From a virus, in IMG/VR virus record IMGVR_UViG_3300028534_000015, positions 3 through 64,002 of that record: a stretch of 64,000 nucleotides of DNA; one strand, 5' to 3'. Position 1 is the first letter of the stretch; the number at the start of each line of letters is the position of its first letter. The notes beneath the pieces are model-generated. The model searched no databases and had not been told where the DNA came from. It saw only the letters and a list, made by a program, of their open reading frames with translations. This document shows positions 48,291-58,189 of the stretch, piece after piece. Made by a program: the position numbers and the translations under genes.

Positions 48291-48959
48291 TTACTCTCCG
48301 ATTTTGAAATGAACTAAAGTTCTTTCATGTTCGTTGAGTAAGTTTTTTACTTCTTCCTCTCTATCACGTTCTTCATTCCAGCCATCACCATCTTTCGATA
48401 GGAGCGCCACCTTATCGTCATCGATAAGTAACTTGAACGTTGTAGTCATCGGAATCTTTTCTATCCTGAATTTATGTCCACGGTTTTCAAACTCCTCATT
48501 ATGTAGAGTAATTTCGGAGTGTTGTGATCCGAGCCAGAGTAAGAACTCTCTCGATGGAATGAGTATATCTTCTGATTCCTCTTGACTTTCGGAAGATTCT
48601 TCCGAACTATCTGGCTGAGACATGTTTTCTTCTATGACATCTTCGATGTTATATCCCAAAGCAAATCTTTCAGCCGTACTTAGTCCGCCTAGCGTATGGA
48701 ACAACGCTGTTGAGAATAATGCATCCTCGCAAACAAGGACAATGTCTCCTTTTTCAAGTTCTTTTTCGACGACGCCACCGTTAGCAAAAACAAAGCCTTT
48801 TTTACCGATACAGTCATCACTTGCTGATTCAGCATCAGCTACTCTTTTAACGTCTTTTAGAAAGACGAACTCGTCTTTCATTTTTTTAGTTATAGCTGAA
48901 GTTCTAGCCGCTACCACGATCGATGCCAATGTGTCCAATTTCATAGTTGTATTTGCCAT
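48291..48959 (-). CDS. Hypothetical early protein with acidic Ser-rich linker
   Basis: 222 aa behind early promoter copy F; SQPDSSEESSESQEESED linker. Confidence 0.65.
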   Translation of the reverse strand: MANTTMKLDTLASIVVAARTSAITKKMKDEFVFLKDVKRVADAESASDDCIGKKGFVFANGGVVEKELEKGDIVLVCEDALFSTALFHTLGGLSTAERFALGYNIEDVIEENMSQPDSSEESSESQEESEDILIPSREFLLWLGSQHSEITLHNEEFENRGHKFRIEKIPMTTTFKLLIDDDKVALLSKDGDGWNEERDREEEVKNLLNEHERTLVHFKIGE

Positions 48960-49076
48960 TTAATATCCTTTTTTAGTTTTTTATATACCTGGCAGTATAT
49001 AAAATGTTAAATCTCTAATGAGATACATCTAACCCGAAACTATTAAAATAATATGTAAACAAAAAAAATCCGATAT
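48960..49076 (-). promoter_or_regulatory. Early promoter, copy F, with divergent hairpin leader
   Basis: TTGTTTACATATTAT (49048-49062); ATCTC/GAGAT and TTATATAC-TGCCAG-GTATATAA hairpins before the SD. Confidence 0.7.
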
Positions 49077-49106
49077 CACTATGTGGGAACTCCCACATAG
49101 TGATAT
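49073..49106 (-). terminator. Terminator of 49114..50394
   Basis: atatcactatgtggga/tcccacatagtgatat 16-bp stem. Confidence 0.75.
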
Positions 49107-49113
49107 ATAAATT

Positions 49114-50394
49114 TTAGTCGTCTTTAGATGTCAAAGCAGATGTAACACTGTTAACAAAATCAACTGCGTCTTTAGATGCACCGAATTTATCCATAGCCAT
49201 ACCATAACCCATAGAGCCAGTTACTTTTAGGATCGCGATTTTTGTTTTAATCTCGTCTGTATATTCTCCATCTCTTGCTTTTTTAGCGAGTTTGTTAATG
49301 AGGTCGAGATCTTTTGTTGCTGCCTTGTCAGCTGTATCGAACAGTTTTTTACCATTTTTAGCAACTTGTTTAACAGCTTCCTCTAAGTCTGTGAAGTTTT
49401 TCATAGCGATATCTGATTTCAATACTTCACTAGCAGCAGAAAATTTACTTTCGTCGAAATTGAAAGAAAGTTTTTTAACGGCTACTAGAGGTTTTTCGCT
49501 ATCTGATCTATCAATAATAAGAACACGTTTCATTTTGCGTCGTTTTCCGATAATAACAACGTCAGATTTTTCTGAGAATGTATCACCAAATAACTTTGCT
49601 TTAGAATCTTTAATGAGTTCTGTTAATTCGGATTTAACAGCTGAGTTATTGTGTAGTTTTAAAACACTTTTGATAAGGTTTGTTATCGAATCTTTAACAG
49701 CAGTGCCTTCTTTTAGATTTACACCATCAAGTACTTTACCAGTTTCTTCATCAAGGTAACTTTTAAATGTTACAGCTAATGTATTGATTGTTGTTGTGGA
49801 AGGTCCTGTTACAATTCCTGAAAAAGAAGCAAGAAGTGATTTGTGTTCTTCAGCACTGATTTTATACTTTTTATCAGACTCTACTTTTTTCTTAAGTGAC
49901 TTTACAGCCTCTTTAATCTTTTTGTCATTACTAGAAAGTATAACAACAAGCTTACCGAAACCTTTTTTCATTTTGTTAATAAGATTTCGAAGAAGTGTGG
50001 CGGCTTTTAAACTAAGTTTTTTCAAAAGACTCATTTTTTCTTCAATACCGGCAACAATCACTTCTTTAGGATCTGCATAAACCTCTTCTTCACAACCACT
50101 AACTGTTTGCGGTTTAGATGGAGAAACTTGTGACATATAAATAGCGTGTCTAGAAGCAATACTCATTGCTTTACCGAAACCGATTTCTTCATTTCCCGCA
50201 ACAGTAGTTTGATCTTTACGAAGACTTGCGATACCTGCAGACATCATGTAACCACTGAATTGAACTCGCTCTACTTCTTCTTCCATTCCTGCTACAACAA
50301 TAGACGCAGCTGCTTCTTCTTGATCTGAAACTTCATTAGGAAGAATAGTTTCTTCTTCACATCCGCTTACAATTTCGTCGAGATACATACTCAT
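49114..50394 (-). CDS. Internal head (ejection) protein, phiKZ gp93/94-like family, with propeptide
   Basis: Acidic N-terminal region with five V[AS]GxEE sites followed by a basic helical mature region. Confidence 0.7.
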   Translation of the reverse strand: MSMYLDEIVSGCEEETILPNEVSDQEEAAASIVVAGMEEEVERVQFSGYMMSAGIASLRKDQTTVAGNEEIGFGKAMSIASRHAIYMSQVSPSKPQTVSGCEEEVYADPKEVIVAGIEEKMSLLKKLSLKAATLLRNLINKMKKGFGKLVVILSSNDKKIKEAVKSLKKKVESDKKYKISAEEHKSLLASFSGIVTGPSTTTINTLAVTFKSYLDEETGKVLDGVNLKEGTAVKDSITNLIKSVLKLHNNSAVKSELTELIKDSKAKLFGDTFSEKSDVVIIGKRRKMKRVLIIDRSDSEKPLVAVKKLSFNFDESKFSAASEVLKSDIAMKNFTDLEEAVKQVAKNGKKLFDTADKAATKDLDLINKLAKKARDGEYTDEIKTKIAILKVTGSMGYGMAMDKFGASKDAVDFVNSVTSALTSKDD

Positions 50395-50520
50395 ATTTTT
50401 TCCTTTAAGGTTTTTTATTTTTTCTTGTGTCCTACGTAGAACAAATGGACTTACGCTAGTCTAAAAGACTACCACTACTTTATAAAGTAGTTGCTGCTGA
50501 ATAGCAACATTGCCATAGTT

Positions 50521-51003
50521 TTACCGTAGCTCATTACTTAATATCAATATAATAAGTTTATCTAGGTTGTCATCTAGATCACTTACAAGTTTTTTCATGA
50601 TGATGTCTTTTATATCTGATACAAAACTGACATTGACATTATATGGTTTGTATACTTTGTCTCCAAACCACTCTAGTGTATTAACAATATCAATAGAATC
50701 ATTAATATCCTTAAATCCACGAACTTCATCTATGTTCTTGAATATCTTATCTAAAATATATCTAAGGTCGAGATACACAGGTTTGGAATTTAATTCAACC
50801 AATGTCGAAACGAAGTTATTCCTACGCAAAAAATCAATTCTTCGATATAGTTTAATCGGAGTTTCTATATTAGACTTTTCTCTGTAGTTCTCTTTCAATA
50901 TCTCAAAAATCCTACTTGTTGCCGAGTCAGGAATAGCGATATCCATAACTTCTCTAACATACGATTGCAGTAGTTCATTAGGTTCTGTAAAAAATTTACT
51001 CAT
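50521..51003 (-). CDS. Hypothetical virion-block protein
   Basis: 160-aa ORF translationally coupled to the upstream gene. Confidence 0.6.
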   Translation of the reverse strand: MSKFFTEPNELLQSYVREVMDIAIPDSATSRIFEILKENYREKSNIETPIKLYRRIDFLRRNNFVSTLVELNSKPVYLDLRYILDKIFKNIDEVRGFKDINDSIDIVNTLEWFGDKVYKPYNVNVSFVSDIKDIIMKKLVSDLDDNLDKLIILILSNELR

Positions 51004-51877
51004 AATCTTTCTCTATATCTCTAATTTTATCTTCAACATCTTCGAGTTTTTTCTGATAATACTCTACCTGTTTTTTAATTTTAGGATCGTTTGTTTCGAA
51101 CTCACGTTCTTTGATTTTATACTCAAAAACAGTTTTCTTATATTTCAAGTAATCTAACCATAAGAATCTGGCGTCAACAAATACTTTTCTAACATAAAAA
51201 ATAGGATTTATAGTTAAGCCATTTCTTACAGCATGATATTTTTTATCATGTGATGACGCTGTAGCTTCAAAAGCGGTTTCGTCATAGATCAAACTATCAG
51301 ATAGTTGATGGATAGATTTGATCTCTTTGATGATTTTCTTTTTATTATAAGTTACATATAATCTACCGAATTCATTAGCGAGATCCTTAACACGTAACTC
51401 AACTGCTGGCGGAAGATTAGATTTACTGTCCGTTATTAAATGTACGACAAAATAACAGAAGTCTACAGTATAGTTAAGTAGCGTCTGAATATTAGAAATT
51501 GTACTAATAATAGCCGCTTGTTTAGTTGTCATGGTTTTATCGGTAATTACATCATCTTCAACAGACATTGTTTCTTTAATGAGATCATCTACAGCATGTT
51601 CTAAGACAATAAAGAAACTACGAAGTTCAGAAAGTCCTGCAGAAATATCGCTATATTTTTGAACTTTCATTTGTTTTAAAATCTCTCTCAATTCCTTTGT
51701 GATTTCGGAATCTACAGATTTCTGATCTAAAGATTCTTTTAACTCTTCTAACATAAGAATAACAATAGAGTTAATTTTATCTTTTATTAACTCCTCTTCA
51801 TTAATAATATCTTCTTTTTTATACGTATCATTAAAAACTTTATCAAAAAGTTTACTAAACAAATTTGCTAATGTCAT
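50996..51877 (-). CDS. Virion head protein (phiKZ gp90-like)
   Basis: 293 aa; NGLTINPIFYVRK..YLK C-terminal motif; synteny. Confidence 0.65.
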   Translation of the reverse strand: MTLANLFSKLFDKVFNDTYKKEDIINEEELIKDKINSIVILMLEELKESLDQKSVDSEITKELREILKQMKVQKYSDISAGLSELRSFFIVLEHAVDDLIKETMSVEDDVITDKTMTTKQAAIISTISNIQTLLNYTVDFCYFVVHLITDSKSNLPPAVELRVKDLANEFGRLYVTYNKKKIIKEIKSIHQLSDSLIYDETAFEATASSHDKKYHAVRNGLTINPIFYVRKVFVDARFLWLDYLKYKKTVFEYKIKEREFETNDPKIKKQVEYYQKKLEDVEDKIRDIEKDYE

Positions 51878-51893
51878 ATTTTTCCTTTTATGT

Positions 51894-52961
51894 TTAAATT
51901 ACTCTACCAGAACTTCTTGAAGAAGCCACTATAATTTTTAATAGATCTTCCATCTCTTCATTCTTACTTTTCTTTTTTATATCTTTTAATCTAAGGTTTA
52001 AAGAACCATCAAAACTTCCTGAAAAGATTTTTAGTCTCTCATGTATAGTATCGATGACAGAAAGTGATAGAATTGAGAAATCATCTTTAATTTTAGGAAA
52101 TGCTTTTTCAAGTTTAGATCTGTATCTTTGTACTAAAGCTTTCTCAACACTTTCTGAACAGATAATCATTCTATAGTATTTACCGAAACCAACATATCCT
52201 TTATCAAAACCTTTAATAAAAGCATCATACTCTCGTTTACGCTTATCAGACAGAACTCCGTCTTTATCTGCAAGTTTACGTTTTCCATAATCTTTTATTT
52301 GGTCTGTAGCAAAAATAAAGTCTTGCCAAAAACGTATTGTCCCTGCTCTTAAATCATCAATTCTATCAAATGAGTTTTGTGTATCTTCTTTGGATGACGA
52401 TACTAAAATACCGTTAACATCTGTATAGATAATTTTAGCCATAATGTTAATCGGTATCTTAAGTTCCATTTTCGCACCCTCTTTAATAAAGGATACGGGT
52501 ATCATGACATGTCTTTCAACCATAGCGCTTATTTTTTCATCAAGTTCACGTTGCTCTCCTGATTCAAGACCGGCGATTAATAGTGTCTCTTTAATCGCTT
52601 CTTCTTTAGCGTTAGTCAAAATTTTACACATATCAAAATCGTAATCTTCCAACGCTCCGACATAATCATAATTTTCAGACAGTAACTCAATTGCTACGGA
52701 AGGTTCTACACCATGAATCTGAATAAGATGTGATAGAACATTTCCATAGACAGCTGTAAAAAAACTGACCTGATAACTGATAACGTATTTTAAATAATTA
52801 TTATCTTTAAGACTTTTATCAATGATAATTGTTGGTCTGATGACAAAGTCATTGATAATCTTTGTCAAGTCTCCTTTTGAAGAAGCTACTCTAGATGATT
52901 TTGAGTTAGAATCTCTTAAAAAATAATCGATCCCTAGTTCGATCAAGTTTGCGAATGTCAT
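51894..52961 (-). CDS. Virion head protein (phiKZ gp89-like)
   Basis: 355 aa; IRPTIIID, GTIRFWQDFIF motif; GALED and AGLES processing-like sites. Confidence 0.7.
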   Translation of the reverse strand: MTFANLIELGIDYFLRDSNSKSSRVASSKGDLTKIINDFVIRPTIIIDKSLKDNNYLKYVISYQVSFFTAVYGNVLSHLIQIHGVEPSVAIELLSENYDYVGALEDYDFDMCKILTNAKEEAIKETLLIAGLESGEQRELDEKISAMVERHVMIPVSFIKEGAKMELKIPINIMAKIIYTDVNGILVSSSKEDTQNSFDRIDDLRAGTIRFWQDFIFATDQIKDYGKRKLADKDGVLSDKRKREYDAFIKGFDKGYVGFGKYYRMIICSESVEKALVQRYRSKLEKAFPKIKDDFSILSLSVIDTIHERLKIFSGSFDGSLNLRLKDIKKKSKNEEMEDLLKIIVASSRSSGRVI

Positions 52962-53025
52962 AATGTTACCTTTTATATAGTATTTATCAAACTAAATATC
53001 TTGATTTATTTTACAGCTAATTCCT

Positions 53026-54099
53026 TTGAATATAAAGTATAAGGAGGTTCGTGTGGTTCTGAATGATAAAAAAGAGTTCATAGAAGGATACGACCTTAAT
53101 GAGTTTACAAAATCCGCAAGTCCGTATAGCGGAACATCACAAGCATTTACGAATGCTATGTTTGGATTAAATCCATCTTCATCTGGTTTACTATTAGATA
53201 GAGATACAGGTTTTAAAGCACTTGTGTTCTTCACAAGACCGCAACTTCATCTTGGGTTTGAAAACTGTGTTATGTCAAATGAGTTAAATAAGTTATTGAC
53301 TACAGAGAAGAATTCTGTATTTACATATATAAGAGCAATGTTAGATCCTAGACTTTACTACTCCAAAGAGAACGTAAAGTCTGATCTAGTTGATCCGTTT
53401 AATCCTTTCATACCTATTTTAACAAATACAGTAACAAAGATATCTGGTTGGCAAGATCCTGTTATGGACACTAAAACAACAGCTGAAGGAAATATGAAAC
53501 AACAAACTGTTATCGCGGATGGAACACTAGAACTTAATCGTGTGTTTGATTTAGATATGACATTTATGAACGTTAAATCTACACCAGTTTCTTCTATGTT
53601 AACAGTATGGTTAGACTATATGGATAAAGTTCATAAGGGACAAATTAATCCATATATAGATATGCTTATAAGAAGAGAAATCGATTACATGTCTAGAGTA
53701 TATGTTATAGTTTTATCTGGTTACGGAAATAAAATTAAAGGCATAGCAAATACGTATGCTGGATTCCCTATAACGCATAACAGAGCTGCGTTTTTTGATT
53801 ACGACAGATTTAATCAAACACAAGTTCCTGACATAACAACAAGATTTAAAAATGTCGGAATTGAATACGATAGCTATTCAGCTATGCTAGATTTTAATAA
53901 ATTACTTGCCGCGTTTAATCCTAGATTTGCTAAAATGATTGACGGAGATCCAAATCATGGTTTAATACGTGTGCCAGATTCGCTAACAGATTTTGTTGGT
54001 TATAGACTATATCCTTATATAGATATTTACAACAATGAATTAGTTTGGTACACCAATGAAGAAGATTTTGAAATAACAGAAACAGGAGCAGAACAATGA
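53026..54099 (+). CDS. Virion structural protein, tube-like baseplate component (phiKZ gp88-like); real start probably GTG near 53051
   Basis: VFFTRPQL, NPFIPILTN, ISGWQD motifs; AAGGAGG SD at about 53041. Confidence 0.7.
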   Translation: MNIKYKEVRVVLNDKKEFIEGYDLNEFTKSASPYSGTSQAFTNAMFGLNPSSSGLLLDRDTGFKALVFFTRPQLHLGFENCVMSNELNKLLTTEKNSVFTYIRAMLDPRLYYSKENVKSDLVDPFNPFIPILTNTVTKISGWQDPVMDTKTTAEGNMKQQTVIADGTLELNRVFDLDMTFMNVKSTPVSSMLTVWLDYMDKVHKGQINPYIDMLIRREIDYMSRVYVIVLSGYGNKIKGIANTYAGFPITHNRAAFFDYDRFNQTQVPDITTRFKNVGIEYDSYSAMLDFNKLLAAFNPRFAKMIDGDPNHGLIRVPDSLTDFVGYRLYPYIDIYNNELVWYTNEEDFEITETGAEQ

Positions 54100-56900
54100 C
54101 AGTAGATGATATAATAGAGACAGCGAAACTTAACCCGCAGTCTGCTATGAGATTAATGATAGAAAATATAGAAGGCACCACAACGTTAGAAATTAATGAC
54201 GCAACAAATCCTTTTATAAAATTGTTGGAAACATCACTATCTGGTCTTAACGCTGTTCTATTAGAACACGCATCACAAATAAGACCATTATTCCCAGAAT
54301 TAGCTTTAGAACCTGAAGACTTATACAACCATATGACAACAGAAGAAGAAAAAGGATCATTTGCTATACCGTCTAAAGTAGGAATATTTCTTATGGTATC
54401 TGTATCAGACATAAAAAAATACGGTATTTACGATACAGAAACAAAAGTTTATACTATTGTTATTCCTAAGTTTTCAGAAGTAAGAGTTTCTGATGTTTCT
54501 TTATTGCTTCAGAATGATATTTCTATAAAGTTAGGCGAAACAACCGTTTTTGTAGAAGAGTTGGGTGATGATAACACCGCATACACTGAAGGAAATATCC
54601 CTTCATATATATCTAAAGATGTCGCAAATGAAGATTGGGTGACGTTCGAACTAGAACTAGAACAACTTAAACGTTACCAAGTTAATTACAATATTACATC
54701 TAAAACAAAGTTTGCTGTAGAATTAACATTAGAGGACCAATACGTTTCATCAAATGCTTACGCTAAAATGGACGACGGAACTTTAGTACCGTTAGAGGTT
54801 ACAAATAGCACATCTGTTTATGACCATAGTAAATTCACAATTAGAGCAAAACCTATTGGTGATAAAGTTGTTTATGAAATACCTACGTTTTATACATTGG
54901 AATTAACACAGGGATTTGAATTAATTATTGAAACTTTTACAACAAAAGGAGCTGTACTTATTCCGCTTTATAAATTTACACCATCTGATTTTTCAATAGT
55001 TGTTCCTTCTAATTTTGATAGAGCAGAATCGTCTGGTGTGAATAAAGTAAATATTATGGTTTTTTCTAAAGGTGTTTTAGATGGCGGGAGAGATATTAAA
55101 TCATTCGAAGAGTTAAGGGAAGAAGTAATATTTAATAGTACAGGAATGAGAGATCTGCCATTAACAGAAAAATCTTTAACCGCTTTTGCTGCGAATAGAG
55201 GATTTACTGTATCACTTGTAGAAGATGTTATTACATCAAGAAGTTTTATAGCTACCAGAGATGTTATTGGTTCTTATGAAAATGTTAATGTGATGTCATA
55301 CGTTGATATTATGCACGGTACAGCATCTTTTTATCAGCCAGAGATTTCGCAAAACACAATTGATTTCAAAGATTCGACCGTGCTGATAAAATCTAATACT
55401 GTATTTAAAAATAATAATGGTATGCTAACACCTATTTCTCAAACAGAGAAAGAAGCTATTGAATCAGCAACATATTCTAACGCGCAAATCATGTTATCTA
55501 CTTCAGAATATCTCTATACGCCGTTTTATTATGTCTTAGAAAAATTTAACGATATTGTAGAGACAAGGGTTTACGACTTAGATAAACCAGGAATTGAAAA
55601 AGCAGTAATACTTTCAAAGAACACATATTTTGTAGAATCGGTTAACATCAATCAGTATGGTATTTTCAAAACATCAACAGGTTATGATTTCTTCCTTAAA
55701 CTTTACGGTAATAAAGAGTTTGAAGATTTAAACAAAGACGATGTTAAAATTCAGTTAGGTTTTAAAATCGGAGAAGCGTTTGTATATTTTATAGCTACAT
55801 ATGACGATGTGTCAGATTCATGGAAAGCTTCTATAGACAGCTCGTTTTTTGTGGATAATGAAGATAATATATCTGTAACAAATGGAAGTTCTGAAATCTA
55901 CACAAATAGAATCCCTATCAGAAGTGATGTCGAAACGATCATCTATATCACATCTGATAAATATGAAACAGATTCACGTTACCCGCCAACACTTGAAGTA
56001 TATGAGGATAGCGATACTGTTAATGCGTTATGTAAGGAGCTTTTAACAACCACACTTGGTAATAGATTAACAACGTTATGGAAAAATAGTTTTGTTGCTT
56101 ATAACGAACTAAAATATAAAGTAGCGACAGATGATGAGTATCTATTATATAAAGATAATGTATTTTACGGTGATGTTGTTTTGGAAGATGGTACAGTTAT
56201 TACATCTGATGTCGATAGTCCATATTCAACAAAACTTCTACATAGAAAAGGAACTAGAGTATTAGATCCCGATGGAAATTTTGTATATAAATTTAGAAAA
56301 GGCGATTTATTATTAGACGAGGCAGGAAATCCAATACCTGATAATGAATTAGGTTTGACATATTATACAGATATATTTTTATTACAATATGAGTATAAGA
56401 TATCCAAGATTCCAGAATATAATGACTATTCAGAAACAGTACTAGACTTTATTAGAAACTGGTTAAAAGATGACTTGGTATATTTGAATAGTAAGTTACT
56501 TGAACACAGTCTGATGTATTATAAACCAAACAGATCTGTTGTATCTGTAAAAACGTTTAGCGGAACTTCAAGTCATTTAATTAGACCTAGGATTACACTC
56601 TATGTTGATACCAATCTTTATAATGTAACAACTACTGAAGAGGAGACGTCAAAGATAGGAAAGATTATCCATAAACACATCTCTAAAACAACTTTTAAAT
56701 TATCTGAAATAAAAGATGAAATAAAGGTTTCATTAGGTAGTGGTGTTGATGGAGTGGATATTTTTGATATAGGCGAAGGTTCACCTGATATTGTGACATA
56801 TAAATCTACAGATAATCGATTCGCTATTAAGAAAAAAATAACAAAATCCGGATCTGTTGAATATGATATAGAAATTAATATCATACAAACAAACCAATAA
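54096..56900 (+). CDS. Baseplate wedge-like structural protein (phiKZ gp87-like)
   Basis: 934 aa; DATNPFIKLLE, YNHMT, LDGGRDIKSFEELR, EDVITSRSFIA. Confidence 0.7.
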   Translation: MTVDDIIETAKLNPQSAMRLMIENIEGTTTLEINDATNPFIKLLETSLSGLNAVLLEHASQIRPLFPELALEPEDLYNHMTTEEEKGSFAIPSKVGIFLMVSVSDIKKYGIYDTETKVYTIVIPKFSEVRVSDVSLLLQNDISIKLGETTVFVEELGDDNTAYTEGNIPSYISKDVANEDWVTFELELEQLKRYQVNYNITSKTKFAVELTLEDQYVSSNAYAKMDDGTLVPLEVTNSTSVYDHSKFTIRAKPIGDKVVYEIPTFYTLELTQGFELIIETFTTKGAVLIPLYKFTPSDFSIVVPSNFDRAESSGVNKVNIMVFSKGVLDGGRDIKSFEELREEVIFNSTGMRDLPLTEKSLTAFAANRGFTVSLVEDVITSRSFIATRDVIGSYENVNVMSYVDIMHGTASFYQPEISQNTIDFKDSTVLIKSNTVFKNNNGMLTPISQTEKEAIESATYSNAQIMLSTSEYLYTPFYYVLEKFNDIVETRVYDLDKPGIEKAVILSKNTYFVESVNINQYGIFKTSTGYDFFLKLYGNKEFEDLNKDDVKIQLGFKIGEAFVYFIATYDDVSDSWKASIDSSFFVDNEDNISVTNGSSEIYTNRIPIRSDVETIIYITSDKYETDSRYPPTLEVYEDSDTVNALCKELLTTTLGNRLTTLWKNSFVAYNELKYKVATDDEYLLYKDNVFYGDVVLEDGTVITSDVDSPYSTKLLHRKGTRVLDPDGNFVYKFRKGDLLLDEAGNPIPDNELGLTYYTDIFLLQYEYKISKIPEYNDYSETVLDFIRNWLKDDLVYLNSKLLEHSLMYYKPNRSVVSVKTFSGTSSHLIRPRITLYVDTNLYNVTTTEEETSKIGKIIHKHISKTTFKLSEIKDEIKVSLGSGVDGVDIFDIGEGSPDIVTYKSTDNRFAIKKKITKSGSVEYDIEINIIQTNQ

Positions 56901-56905
56901 ACTTA

Positions 56906-56935
56906 AACGATAAGAGGCTGTTGCCTCTTATCGTT
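56906..56935. terminator. Bidirectional terminator
   Basis: aacgataagaggc/gcctcttatcgtt 13-bp stem between convergent genes. Confidence 0.75.
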
Positions 56936-57716
56936 GTCTTATCTTAATTGCTCTTGCTACTATTTCAAGAAGTAGTTCGCCGTTTTGAATGATGTCATGT
57001 TCATCAGGAATTCTAAAAGGTTTGAAATCTTTTAAAGATTTATAAATTTTTCTAGATAGATCTGACTTTAAATGTGTGAACAATACATCAGGATTAGTTT
57101 TGAATATGTTAACAACAAAATCTTCTAGATTATTTATTTGTGTATCTGGGTAATTTTCATTATTGATAAGATTCTTTATGGTGTCTAAAACTCTATAAAG
57201 TTTTATATCACTACTAGGTACCTCTGATACAGGTTGTTCTTTATAGAGCTCAATAAGATCTTCAATAACAGGATCACCTTGACTAAAGTCTTCTTTATAA
57301 TCTATCAGAACTTCTCTTATAGAAAGTTTAGCAAGTTTCACCGCCCCTGTTTCTGTAAAGGCAATAAAATCTTTCGGATAAAAATCAGAAGAATCAATGA
57401 TTTTCTCAACAAGTTCTTTTCTTTCCAAGAACATTTTTCTATGTTCTTTTAAATCAGTAACTTTATTTTCAAAATCATCTATAAATGTTTCAAAGAAATC
57501 TTTCTTAAAAGTATTTTCCATACTTGTTAGAATCTTTAATACTTCGTTCGTCATTTGAGTTGTTCTCGCTACTGTAAAGATATTGATATTATATCTTTTA
57601 GTAATGATATCACCGAAAGTATCTTCGATTTCAATAACATCGGTTCTAGACAAACCATCATTTCTGATGGTTTTTTTAAACATTTCAAGTTTATCTAATA
57701 TTTCAATTACTGTCAC
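56928..57716 (-). CDS. Virion head-block protein (phiKZ gp86-like position); start GTG at 57716
   Basis: GGAGG SD upstream of the GTG overlapping the end of 57703..58188; INIFTVARTTQMT motif. Confidence 0.6.
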   Translation of the reverse strand: MTVIEILDKLEMFKKTIRNDGLSRTDVIEIEDTFGDIITKRYNINIFTVARTTQMTNEVLKILTSMENTFKKDFFETFIDDFENKVTDLKEHRKMFLERKELVEKIIDSSDFYPKDFIAFTETGAVKLAKLSIREVLIDYKEDFSQGDPVIEDLIELYKEQPVSEVPSSDIKLYRVLDTIKNLINNENYPDTQINNLEDFVVNIFKTNPDVLFTHLKSDLSRKIYKSLKDFKPFRIPDEHDIIQNGELLLEIVARAIKIRQR

Positions 57717-58188
57717 TTCTAGCCTCCGAAATTTCGTGTGTCTCATTTCCACAGTTCTCTTTGATTATTGCGCCGGCAATAGCGTGTGCTTCTTTTGCTT
57801 CTGTGATATAATCATTATAGTTTTCAACCAAGTCTTTAGGAATATAATTATAAATTCCAGAAACTTCTTCAAAACTATGAGAACTATTAAAAGTTGGTTT
57901 TTTAAAGATCATTAGTCTTGTCATAATAAGACTAGTAATTAATTCAATAGTTTCAATAGGTATAACAACTGTTTCATTTACTTTGCTAAAAACAGTTTCA
58001 GCGCAAGCGCGTGCAAGGTCAAATTTTTTATTTTCATCTTCAGCTCTTAGCATTTCTGTAAATTTTTCAAGATTTCCAGATGTATGTGAAACACACGCCA
58101 TAGCGATACCTAACATAATAGCAGATCTTTTTTCAATTAGTCCTGTTTGAAGCATTGCTTCAAGTTTCTTTTCTTTTGGTAGTATCAT
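57703..58188 (-). CDS. Hypothetical virion-block protein
   Basis: 161-aa ORF in operon. Confidence 0.6.
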   Translation of the reverse strand: MILPKEKKLEAMLQTGLIEKRSAIMLGIAMACVSHTSGNLEKFTEMLRAEDENKKFDLARACAETVFSKVNETVVIPIETIELITSLIMTRLMIFKKPTFNSSHSFEEVSGIYNYIPKDLVENYNDYITEAKEAHAIAGAIIKENCGNETHEISEARSDSN

Positions 58189-58189
58189 T

